The notes beneath the pieces are model-generated. The model searched no databases and had not been told where the DNA came from. It saw only the letters and a program-made list of their open reading frames with translations. Below, in pieces: positions 23,893-32,000 of a stretch of 32,000 bases of DNA. Source of the DNA: Candidatus Nanobsidianus stetteri (GTDB lineage Archaea; Nanobdellota; Nanobdellia; Nanobdellales; Nanobdellaceae); assembly GCA_000387965.1 (NCBI GenBank), contig APJZ01000002.1, positions 150,001-182,000 on the forward strand, given 5' to 3'. The translations under genes were made by a program, and so were the position numbers. The stretch's first letter is position 1. Each line of letters starts with the position of its first letter.

Positions 23893-25224
23893 TTGAATAA
23901 AATGAACAAAAGAATTATATTATATTACCTAATTGTATTATCTATAATATTATTAGGATTTCTACTAATATTATATAGTGAAAGATCTAATTTTTCATAT
24001 AGTAATGAATATTCAGTATATATTCCTGCAGTTCTAAATCAATCAAATAATTTATCTGGAGAAGTTACACAGTTTTTCTTAAGAACATCTCCAGGTTCTG
24101 GAAATGTATATGTAAGCATTCCTCCAATATCATATGAAGACTATGATTTATCATATTTATTTGCAAAGGTTGCTGCATGTAATATATATCCCAATAAATG
24201 TAACAATTATGATTATTATTTTAGTTCAAATGATGTATTGTTTGCAGAAGGATTTTCAGGTACTGCAGGATTAACATTACTTGTTTTAGAAGCCTTATCA
24301 AATAAAACCGCAATAGTTAATTATCCAGTCACTGGTTTTATGTTACCAAATGGTATAATAGCACCTGTTGAAGGTATTAGATATAAACTAAATGCAACTT
24401 TACAATATTTTCCATATATGGTAGCTCCATATTATAATAATTCTAACATAGTTCCTGTATATACAATACTCGATTTAGAAAAAATATATTTTGGAGAGCA
24501 ATTTAATAGTACATATAATGTTCCTCAAGATTATATAGATGTTATGAAAAATATAACATATCAAATATGTAGTGGAATAAATAATAATACTGTAAATTAT
24601 TATATTTCTTTAGGAGATTATTATACAGCAGCAAGTTTATGTTTTGAACAAAAAGTTACTAATCCAAAATTTTATCCAAATATAACTAGAGAAGAATTGG
24701 AAAAAGATATAAATGATTTTTACAATTATATAAATAATTATCAATGTTTTGGAAATTATGAATGCGAAGAAATAAAATATCAAGTTATATCAAGGTTAGA
24801 AAATGCTAATGAAACTTTGGATAATTTACAAGAATCATATTGGAGATATTATTCGGCAATAGGTTGGGCTCAATTTTTATCAATAACAAATAATATATAT
24901 AAAGAAAATGAATGTTCATTAATAGATCAACAATATACGCTAATGCAATATTTATATCAATATCAATTGCCATTAAATCTATCATGTTTTGAAAAAATAG
25001 ATTATTTATCCGATTTATATTATTTATATATAACAAATAGTACAAATTATGTTAGTAATGATACTATAAAATCGATAGAACAGTTAGATTATTATTATTA
25101 TAATAAATATGGATTTTCTATAACTTCCTATAATTATTTACAATTTGGAAAAGATTTAATAAATATGGGCAATATAAATTCTGGTTTGTATTATTTAATA
25201 TTATCAACAGAATATGCAATATGA
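23893..25224 (+). CDS. Membrane-anchored Lon-like (S16-type) serine protease domain protein with an unknown Asn/Tyr/Cys-containing C-terminal half
   Basis: An N-terminal TM is present. 'LRTSPGSGNVYVSIPP' and 'GFSGTAGLTLLVLEALSNKTAIVNYPVTGFMLPNGIIAPVEGIRYKLNA' parallel Lon 'GPSAG......AL.G......vAmTGEi.l.G.V.piGG...K..aA', including the Ser and Lys dyad positions. The true start is probably ATG 23902. Confidence 0.5.
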   Translation: MNKMNKRIILYYLIVLSIILLGFLLILYSERSNFSYSNEYSVYIPAVLNQSNNLSGEVTQFFLRTSPGSGNVYVSIPPISYEDYDLSYLFAKVAACNIYPNKCNNYDYYFSSNDVLFAEGFSGTAGLTLLVLEALSNKTAIVNYPVTGFMLPNGIIAPVEGIRYKLNATLQYFPYMVAPYYNNSNIVPVYTILDLEKIYFGEQFNSTYNVPQDYIDVMKNITYQICSGINNNTVNYYISLGDYYTAASLCFEQKVTNPKFYPNITREELEKDINDFYNYINNYQCFGNYECEEIKYQVISRLENANETLDNLQESYWRYYSAIGWAQFLSITNNIYKENECSLIDQQYTLMQYLYQYQLPLNLSCFEKIDYLSDLYYLYITNSTNYVSNDTIKSIEQLDYYYYNKYGFSITSYNYLQFGKDLINMGNINSGLYYLILSTEYAI

Positions 25225-26362
25225 AATTGAAGTTGGAGAAAGAGTAAAAAGGGAAATAAAAAAGGGAAGGCAGGTTTTTTCTGTAAATTGGATTAAAAAA
25301 ATTGAGGCAGAACCTGGTGAATTGGTTAAATTAAAATATAATAATAATTTTTTAGCTTGGGGGATAATAAATCCAAAGGATCAATATCATTATATTAGAA
25401 TATTTTCATATAATGAAGATGTAGATATACATAATGATATAAAAGAAAAAATAAAGAAAGCAAAAGAATATAGAGAAAAAACAATAAATTATAAAAATCA
25501 TTATAGATTGATATATTCTGAATCAGATTTTTTATCAGGTTTAATTATAGATAAATATAATGATATATTTGTAATACAAAATTCAAATGCTTTTTTTGAT
25601 AAAAACATTAATATAATTAAAGATGCATTAATAGATGTATATGGAAAAGATATTACAATTTATGAAAAAAGTATTGGAAAACAAAGAGAAAGATCTTATT
25701 TAAAACCTATAGAGAGATTTATATATGGAAATAAATATGAAACCGAAATAGAGGAAGTAAATAAGAAATTTTATATAAATATATTAAAGGGGCAAAAGAC
25801 TGGATGGTTTTTAGATCAAAGGGAAAATAGAAAGATTGTTAACCAATTATATGGGGATAGAATTTTAGATGTATTTTCATATTCAGGATCTTTCGGCATA
25901 ATTATTAATGGAGAAGAAAAATATTTCATTGAAAAAAGTAAAGAATCGATTAGCATGTTATATAAAAATTTGAAATTAAATAATATAGAAAATTATAATG
26001 TAATAAATGGTAATGCATATAGAATATTAAAACAATTTTATTTAGAAAAAAGAAAATTTGATATAATTATATTAGATCCTCCAGATCTATTAGCAGAAAA
26101 TTATGAAAAAGGAATTAGGAGCTTTATATTAATAAATTCCATTGCCTTAGATTTAATTGATGAAGGATATTTGATAACATTTTCATGTTCTCAAGATTTA
26201 AATGAAAGGAAATTTTATTCATTAATTAGAACATTAATAAGAAGAAAAAATAAGAAATTTGAAATATTATACAAATTTAATCAAGCTTTAGATCACAAAG
26301 TTATATTTCCACATAAGGAATTATCATATCTTAAAGGATTTCTAATAGAAATTAAAAAATAA
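25214..26362 (+). CDS. PUA-domain class I SAM-dependent RNA (m5C) methyltransferase, RlmI/PH1915-like
   Basis: 'GQKTGWFLDQRENR', 'DVFSYSGSFG' and 'IIILDPP' are the family hallmarks. The start overlaps the preceding gene by 11 nt. Confidence 0.8.
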   Translation: MQYEIEVGERVKREIKKGRQVFSVNWIKKIEAEPGELVKLKYNNNFLAWGIINPKDQYHYIRIFSYNEDVDIHNDIKEKIKKAKEYREKTINYKNHYRLIYSESDFLSGLIIDKYNDIFVIQNSNAFFDKNINIIKDALIDVYGKDITIYEKSIGKQRERSYLKPIERFIYGNKYETEIEEVNKKFYINILKGQKTGWFLDQRENRKIVNQLYGDRILDVFSYSGSFGIIINGEEKYFIEKSKESISMLYKNLKLNNIENYNVINGNAYRILKQFYLEKRKFDIIILDPPDLLAENYEKGIRSFILINSIALDLIDEGYLITFSCSQDLNERKFYSLIRTLIRRKNKKFEILYKFNQALDHKVIFPHKELSYLKGFLIEIKK

Positions 26363-26980
26363 TTATTTATTTTCTAATGTTTGTTGGATTTTCTGTTTAA
26401 CTTGATTTATTTTTGTTATTCTCTTTATTTCAACGTTACTAACAGGAAATATTTTATTTAATGTCGGCTTTATTTCATTTTGTAAATCATAGTTTATCAC
26501 TTTCTCAATTAGTTCATAATATTTTAATGAAGAAACTTTCTCTTCTAAATATTTTCTATATACTTTTTTTATTTCAGTTCTTTGTGATCTATGTGCTTTA
26601 AATTTTGTAATAACCAATGGTTTTATCCTTACATCATATCCATCACTTGTTTTTACTATAAATGAATCTTCTATTTTTGATGTTCCCTTCATAGTTATTC
26701 TCCTTATATATGATGGATATAACATTACCTCTTTTACTTCTGTATAAGCTTTTAGCCCTGATATTTTATTTATTTGAAATATAACCTTATAGTTCTGGTA
26801 CTTAAAATTATTCAATATAAATGCAAGATTTAAATCTACAGTCCTTCCAACAACATTTTCAATATTATCCTTATTTACTGGTGTTTCCCCAATTTTATTT
26901 TCATTAAATATTTCTACAGGTGCATATATATCTACCCATACTTTTTTACCCCAATCAGCATACTTTTTATTATATGCCAT
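26363..26980 (-). CDS. rps3ae: 30S ribosomal protein S3Ae (eS1)
   Basis: 'KKVWVDIYAP..F....IGET', 'VGRTVDLNL', 'VKTSDGYDVRIKP' and 'KIFPVSNVEIKRITKI' match the eS1 pattern. Confidence 0.85.
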   Translation of the reverse strand: MAYNKKYADWGKKVWVDIYAPVEIFNENKIGETPVNKDNIENVVGRTVDLNLAFILNNFKYQNYKVIFQINKISGLKAYTEVKEVMLYPSYIRRITMKGTSKIEDSFIVKTSDGYDVRIKPLVITKFKAHRSQRTEIKKVYRKYLEEKVSSLKYYELIEKVINYDLQNEIKPTLNKIFPVSNVEIKRITKINQVKQKIQQTLENK

Positions 26981-27034
26981 TTAATAAAATCATAAAAAAT
27001 AATTTTAAAAGTATTTTTATATTTAAATTACTTT

Positions 27035-29848
27035 ATGAATGAAAATAATATAGAATTCTTTAAAGAGATAGAGAAAAAATGGCAAAAGATATGGGATGAA
27101 AAAAATATATATTATTCGAATCCTGATAAAGAAAAACCAAAGTTTTTTGTTACATTTCCATATCCATATGTGAGTGGATTTCTTCATATTGGTACTGCCT
27201 TATCTTTAACTAGATTAGATATTATTGCTAGATATAAAAGATTAAAGGGTTATAATGTATTATTTCCCCAAGGTTTTCATCTAACTGGATCACCAATTGT
27301 CGCAAAATCGTGGAGATTAAGAAATGGAGATCAAAAAATTATAAAGGAATTAAAAGATGAGGGAGTTTCCGATGAAGATATAGAAAAACTAAAAGATCCA
27401 GCAGGATGGGCTTTATACTTTGTAAAAAAAGCTGAGGAAGATATAAAAAATTTGGGATGTTCAATAGATTGGAGAAGGGAATTTTATACAACATATTTAC
27501 ATCCATGGTATAATAAATTTATAGAATGGCAATATAGAAAATTGAAAGAAAAAGGTTTGGTTATAACTGGGAAGCATCCTGTGGTATATGATCCAGTTGC
27601 AAATATACCTGTTGGAGATCATGATAGACCGGATGAATATGCTGGAATAGGTCCTACAGAAGGTTATATAATTTTATTTAGATTAAAAGATGAGGATATA
27701 ATATTATCAGCATTTACATTAAGACCAGAAACATTATATGGAGTAACTAATATATGGATAAATCCAAATGGAAAATATTCAATATATTTAGATAAAGAAA
27801 GTGGTAATAAATATATATTACCAGATACAATAGTTGTTAAGGAATTTAATGCGCAAGGATATAAATTAGAGAAAATTAGAGATATTGATGTTAAAGAATT
27901 GATTGGAAAAGAATCCATAAATCCATTAACAAATGAAGCAGTACCGATATTGCCTGCAGAATTTGTTGATATAAAAACAGGAACTGGTATTGTTATGAGT
28001 GTTCCTTCTCATGCTCCATACGATTATATTGGATTAAGAGATTTATTAAATACAGAATATAAAGAAATAGCAAAGAAATGTTTAGATAGTATGAAAGTTT
28101 TATTTAGGGTTCCTGGATATAATATACCAGCAAAAGAGATTGTTGAAAAAATGAAAATAAATAATCAAAAAGATGTACAAAAATTAGAAGATGCAACAAA
28201 AGAAGTATATTCTTTAGAATATTATAATGGAATATTAACAGATATTTTTGGAAAATATAGTGGTATGAAAATATATGAAGCAAAGGATAATATTGCTAAA
28301 GATTTTATAGAGAAAAATATAGCAAAGATATATTATACATTAAAGCCAAGATTTGAATCTAGGTATGGTAATCAATGTATTATAAAAATTATAGATAATC
28401 AATGGTTCTTAAAATATTCAGATCCTGAATGGAAAAAACTTGCCCATGAATGTATAGATAGTATGAACTTTTATCCAGATTATGTAAGACAAGATTTCCA
28501 TCAAAAAATAGATTGGTTAAAGGATTGGGCATGTGCACATAATAAGGATGAATTGGGAACACCCTTACCCTGGGATAAATCCTGGGTTATAGAATCATTA
28601 TCAGATTCTACAATATATATGGCATTTTATACAATTGCTCATCTAATAAAAAATATAGATCCGGATAAAATTGAAGATGATTTATTTGATTATATATTTT
28701 TGAATAAAGGAAATGGGGAGGAAATAATAAGAAAATATGGTGATATTGTAAAGAAGATGAAAGAAGAATTTGAATATTGGTATCCCGTAGATTTAAGAAG
28801 TTCAGGAAAAGATTTAATTCCAAATCACTTATCATTTTTCATATTTCATCATGTTGCAATATTTGATAGAAAATATTGGCCAAGGGGTATTGCTATAAAT
28901 GGATATGCTGTAGATGCATTGGGAAGAAAAATGTCAAAATCTTTGGGAAATTATATATCATTAAGAGATGCTTTAAGAAAATATTCTGCAGATATATTAA
29001 GATTTATTATTGCAGGGTCAGCAAATTCATCCTATGATGATGCAAAGATAGATTTAGAAAAATCGGAATTTGTAATGAAATATTTAATATCATTTTATAA
29101 TTATTCGATAGAAAATTATAATAAATATAAAGAATATGAAAAAAGTTATATAGATCTATGGTTTGAAAATAAATTAAATAAATTAGCAAAAGAAATTGAA
29201 GACGAATATGAGAAATTAAATTATATGAATGTAATTAATAAAATATTTGAATTGGATAATTCTTTTGAATGGTATCTAAAGAGAGCTTCTGGTAAGATAA
29301 ATGGAAAAGTTATAAATAAATATATTGAATATAAGGCGATATTTTTATATCCAATTGTTCCCCATATTATTTCTGAAATATTTGAAAAAATTGGTCTAGA
29401 TCCTTTTAATGTAAGATATCCAGAAAATTTAAGTTATACGGATGAATATGAAAAATATGAAAAATATGTAAAATCTGTAAGGGATGATTTAATAAAATTA
29501 AAAATATTAATGAATAATAAAAAATTTAATAAAATAAAAATAATAATTGCAAGTAAGGAGAAATATGAATTATTTAACGAATTGAAAAATAATAAAAACA
29601 AAATTGATGAATTTTTAAATAATTATCCAAACTATAAGGATATAATATCGTTTGTAAAGAAAAATATATATATACTTGACGAATTTTTAGATAGAGAAAA
29701 GGAATATGAGCTATTAAAATCTTCTATTGATTTATTTAAATCAGAATTAAATGTTAAAGATATAATTATAGAATATGAGGAAGAATCAAAAGAATCTAAA
29801 AAAAGTAGGGCGATGCCATATAAACCAGCTATCGTATTTTTAGAATAA
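27035..29848 (+). CDS. leuS: Leucyl-tRNA synthetase, archaeal type
   Basis: The N-terminus 'FFVTFPYPYVSGFLHIGTALS..D..ARYKRLKGYNVLFPQGFHLTGSPI' parallels Pyrococcus LeuRS. The KMSKS loop is 'GRKMSKSLGN'. 937 aa. Confidence 0.92.
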   Translation: MNENNIEFFKEIEKKWQKIWDEKNIYYSNPDKEKPKFFVTFPYPYVSGFLHIGTALSLTRLDIIARYKRLKGYNVLFPQGFHLTGSPIVAKSWRLRNGDQKIIKELKDEGVSDEDIEKLKDPAGWALYFVKKAEEDIKNLGCSIDWRREFYTTYLHPWYNKFIEWQYRKLKEKGLVITGKHPVVYDPVANIPVGDHDRPDEYAGIGPTEGYIILFRLKDEDIILSAFTLRPETLYGVTNIWINPNGKYSIYLDKESGNKYILPDTIVVKEFNAQGYKLEKIRDIDVKELIGKESINPLTNEAVPILPAEFVDIKTGTGIVMSVPSHAPYDYIGLRDLLNTEYKEIAKKCLDSMKVLFRVPGYNIPAKEIVEKMKINNQKDVQKLEDATKEVYSLEYYNGILTDIFGKYSGMKIYEAKDNIAKDFIEKNIAKIYYTLKPRFESRYGNQCIIKIIDNQWFLKYSDPEWKKLAHECIDSMNFYPDYVRQDFHQKIDWLKDWACAHNKDELGTPLPWDKSWVIESLSDSTIYMAFYTIAHLIKNIDPDKIEDDLFDYIFLNKGNGEEIIRKYGDIVKKMKEEFEYWYPVDLRSSGKDLIPNHLSFFIFHHVAIFDRKYWPRGIAINGYAVDALGRKMSKSLGNYISLRDALRKYSADILRFIIAGSANSSYDDAKIDLEKSEFVMKYLISFYNYSIENYNKYKEYEKSYIDLWFENKLNKLAKEIEDEYEKLNYMNVINKIFELDNSFEWYLKRASGKINGKVINKYIEYKAIFLYPIVPHIISEIFEKIGLDPFNVRYPENLSYTDEYEKYEKYVKSVRDDLIKLKILMNNKKFNKIKIIIASKEKYELFNELKNNKNKIDEFLNNYPNYKDIISFVKKNIYILDEFLDREKEYELLKSSIDLFKSELNVKDIIIEYEEESKESKKSRAMPYKPAIVFLE

Positions 29849-29884
29849 TAAGATTTATATTTTATGACTTGTTAATTATATTAT

Positions 29885-30544
29885 ATGGTAATAAGTTTAT
29901 TTAAGAAAAAGAATAAGAATGAAGAGGACTTTTATGGAGACCTAGACAATCTAAAAAACCAACTCGGAGGAATGGGTGGTATGTCAGCAGATATGGGTAA
30001 TAATTATAATATTCTAGGAACTGGCCAAAATCTTTATGATTATAATAACAACCCGGGTAGTTTTGGCGTATTAGGAAACCAAAACCAGCAACCAACATTC
30101 GGATCTCAAGGATTTGGTCAACAACCACAATTTTCGGGAATGGGTCAACAAAATATGAGTGGAGTTCAAAATATTAATAACCAACAATTTGGAGGATTTG
30201 GAAATCAGCAATCAATGTTAGGATCTCAAGGATTAAGTCAGAAATTATCTTTAGAGGAAAATAAACCATTATTAAAGGAAAAAGTTAAAGAAGGTGTCCA
30301 TAAAAAACATCTAAAAGAAGAAAAACCATTAGAAGTAAGAAAGGAATTATTAATAAAGATAGAAGATTATAAAAGGGTTAGAGAACTATTGCAGCAATTA
30401 AAGGAAAAAATGTCTGAAGTAGAAAAAATAGTTAGTGAATTGAAGGAAGATGAAAATAAAAGATTAGAAAGTATAAAAGGATTAAAAGAAAAATTGGAAG
30501 AATCGAAAAGTAATATAAATAGTGTGTTGGATATATTTAGATAG
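29885..30544 (+). CDS. Gln/Gly/Asn-rich 'FG'-type low-complexity protein with C-terminal coiled coil
   Basis: Residues of about 28-110 read 'GGMGGMSADMGNNYNILGTGQ...SFGVLGNQNQQPTFGSQGFGQQPQFSGMGQQNMSG...QQFGGFGNQQSMLGSQG'. A Lys/Glu heptad-like region follows. Confidence 0.55.
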   Translation: MVISLFKKKNKNEEDFYGDLDNLKNQLGGMGGMSADMGNNYNILGTGQNLYDYNNNPGSFGVLGNQNQQPTFGSQGFGQQPQFSGMGQQNMSGVQNINNQQFGGFGNQQSMLGSQGLSQKLSLEENKPLLKEKVKEGVHKKHLKEEKPLEVRKELLIKIEDYKRVRELLQQLKEKMSEVEKIVSELKEDENKRLESIKGLKEKLEESKSNINSVLDIFR

Positions 30545-30552
30545 AGTGGAGA

Positions 30553-30623
30553 GCGCCGGTAGTCTAGTGGTAGGACGTAGGCCTGCCTAGCCTAAGACCC
30601 GGGTTCGAATCCCGGCCGGCGCA
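30553..30623 (+). tRNA. tRNA-Gly (anticodon GCC), U at position 37
   Basis: Acceptor GCGCCGG/CCGGCGC, D arm GTCT-AGTGGTA-GGAC, anticodon stem TAGGC/GCCTA with loop CUGCCUA, 4-nt variable loop, T arm CCGGG-TTCGAAT-CCCGG, discriminator A. Confidence 0.9.
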
Positions 30624-30627
30624 TAAA

Positions 30628-31068
30628 ATGGTCCATACAATGTCCCTAGATGATTTATATGTTGGAATAAAATCTGAGAAAGATATATTGGGAGTAATTA
30701 AGAAAGTAAAAAGAAATATATATCTGCAACTATATGATGTATTGCACGATATAAAGAATCACGAAATTAAGGTTCAGAGATTAGATAAATTATTAGAAAA
30801 TGCAAAATCTATAAAGGATATAATAGACGAACTATTAAATTTATTACCAGAAATAAAAGATATAGAAGAATTATATAAGGAAATTAATTCTGAAGAATTA
30901 AATAAAGTAGAAATTAAAGAAAAAAAGAAAGTAAGAAAGAAACCAAAAGTTGAAGTAGCAAAAGAAGAAAATAAAGAAGGCAATAATCAAATTAGAAAAG
31001 AACTAGACGATATATCTGTAGAATTAGAAGAATTAAAAGAGGAATTGAAAAAGTTAATTGAGTCTTAA
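30628..31068 (+). CDS. Hypothetical coiled-coil protein (Lys/Glu-rich)
   Basis: The ORF begins 4 nt after tRNA-Gly, with an alternative ATG at 30640. The sequence is heptad-like throughout. The 3' end overlaps the convergent rnz gene by 15 nt. Confidence 0.5.
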   Translation: MVHTMSLDDLYVGIKSEKDILGVIKKVKRNIYLQLYDVLHDIKNHEIKVQRLDKLLENAKSIKDIIDELLNLLPEIKDIEELYKEINSEELNKVEIKEKKKVRKKPKVEVAKEENKEGNNQIRKELDDISVELEELKEELKKLIES

Positions 31069-32000
31069 TAAATTTCCAGTTTTTTCATCATATTTATAAA
31101 TAATTTCCTTTCTCTTTAATTTTAATTCTATTTTATCTTTGTAGATATATATTTCATCAAAATCATCCAATATATAAGTATTTTCATTTTTCTCTTCAAT
31201 ATCTTTTCTTATATTTTCCATTTCTTCCTCATATCTTTGGCTAAAGTGAGTTAATAATAATATTTTGCTATTACTTCTATTAAATATCTCTCTAACTTCT
31301 AAAAAATCCATATGCATATTTTTCTTTGCCAGATCTGGTTGGAAGAAATATGTAGATTCGGATATTAATATTGTACTATCCTTTGCAAAATCAATCAATT
31401 TATCAAAAAACATTGTATCAGTGATATATGTAATTTTAATTCCTTTCTTTATATATCCTATATCTTTATAAGATATTTTTTTGCCATTTATTTCTATCTC
31501 CTTTCCTTCTTTTAATTTTTTAATTAATTCTTTATTTTTTATATTATATTTATTTAGAAGATCTTTATCTAGTTTAATATAATCTTTTTCTATAATATAA
31601 TATGAATAAGATATTGTAGAATGTTTAGTTTTTATCCCATATATTTGGAAATCTTCTTCATCAACTATTAAACCCTCCTTTGCTTCTATTATATTTATAT
31701 CAAAGTTTATTGGAATAATAAAATCTTCAATTATTCCTTTTAAATTTTCTATATTTTCTTTTGGAATTATTATATTTAATTTTTTATTATAATTCATGCT
31801 AGATAAGCTTTGAAAAATACCCGGTAATCCCAAAATATGATCTCCATGCCAATGTGTAATTAATATATAATCTATGTCTGTTGGTGAGATTTTCATTATT
31901 CTTAACTGTCTTTGTATATTTTCCCCACAATCTAGTAAAATTCCTCTCTTATTGAATTTTATAAAGATTCCCGGATGATTTCTACTCTTAGTAGGCATTG
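31054..32000 (-). CDS. rnz: Ribonuclease Z (tRNA 3' endonuclease, metallo-beta-lactamase fold); N-terminus probably beyond the window
   Basis: 'ILLDCGENIQRQL', 'ITHWHGDHILGLPG' (HxHxDH) and C-terminal 'LTHFSQRY' are present. The sequence before 'PTKSRN' normally includes an 'FLGT' strand that is missing here. Confidence 0.85.
   Translation of the reverse strand, partial: MPTKSRNHPGIFIKFNKRGILLDCGENIQRQLRIMKISPTDIDYILITHWHGDHILGLPGIFQSLSSMNYNKKLNIIIPKENIENLKGIIEDFIIPINFDINIIEAKEGLIVDEEDFQIYGIKTKHSTISYSYYIIEKDYIKLDKDLLNKYNIKNKELIKKLKEGKEIEINGKKISYKDIGYIKKGIKITYITDTMFFDKLIDFAKDSTILISESTYFFQPDLAKKNMHMDFLEVREIFNRSNSKILLLTHFSQRYEEEMENIRKDIEEKNENTYILDDFDEIYIYKDKIELKLKRKEIIYKYDEKTGNLLRLN

Noticed and set aside
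24806-31471. ORFs 24806-25045 (-), 27664-27918 (-), 28608-28835 (-), 29007-29189 (-), 29901-30128 (-), 30774-30983 (-) and 31265-31471 (+). The same applies to 3141-3326 (+) and 10600-10818 (-).
   Set aside because: All are embedded antisense in longer ORFs that carry recognisable motifs or coherent domain structure. They are treated as non-coding shadows.
1-32000. CRISPR arrays, rRNA genes, split-tRNA halves, transposases and integrases
   Set aside because: I scanned for regularly spaced direct repeats and for additional GTTCRAATC T-loop boxes or GC-rich islands. Only the five complete tRNAs and the 14.8-kb patch were found. No ORF shows integrase, transposase or Cas motifs.

Overview
This is an extremely AT-rich archaeal chromosome segment. 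Hand counts give 6 G+C in nt 7201-7260, against 27-28 G+C per 60 nt in the few GC-richer patches such as 4321-4380 and 14821-14880. Five GC-rich tRNA genes stand out sharply from the background, as in AT-rich thermophilic archaea. The gene content comprises Taw1, Trm10, eS1/S3Ae, archaeal-type LeuRS, RNase Z, a class III signal-peptide pilin and a FlaJ/TadC-like fragment. With the very short spacers and several split or interrupted genes, this suggests a small-genome DPANN/Nanoarchaeota-like lineage; that is inference only, since no search was possible.

Layout:
- 1-7.2 kb: tRNA-modification and housekeeping genes, an MFS transporter, and an HTH gene coupled to a two-piece ADP-forming acyl-CoA synthetase alpha subunit.
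- 7.2-13.3 kb: a same-strand cell-surface locus. It holds an Asn/Tyr-rich anchored protein, two tandem paralogous Thr/Val-repeat proteins, a DUF2341/lectin-like anchored protein, a PMT/GT39-like GT-C glycosyltransferase, tRNA-Arg and a pilin-like protein. I consider this the best candidate for an undescribed system, namely archaeal protein O-mannosylation of a Thr-rich surface coat.
- 13.3-18.7 kb: an accessory, apparently decaying island with long spacers. It holds two unknown helical proteins, a tandem pair of uncharacterised HExxH proteins (one frameshifted at an A7 run), VapBC, and an interrupted minimal nucleotidyltransferase.
- 18.7-22.4 kb: an ABC-2 exporter pair, an isochorismatase-family protein, PGI/PMI and a ThiS/SAMP-like protein ending in GG.
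- 22.4-32 kb: tRNA-Ser, a Cys-less RecB/Cas4-like nuclease, a membrane-anchored Lon-like serine protease, an RlmI-like methyltransferase, S3Ae and LeuRS. These are followed by a Gln/Gly/Asn-rich 'FG'-type low-complexity coiled-coil protein, tRNA-Gly wedged 8 and 4 nt from its flanking CDSs, a second coiled-coil protein, and RNase Z.

No CRISPR array, rRNA, transposase or integrase was seen. All functional calls rest on motif recognition by eye, not on database searches.
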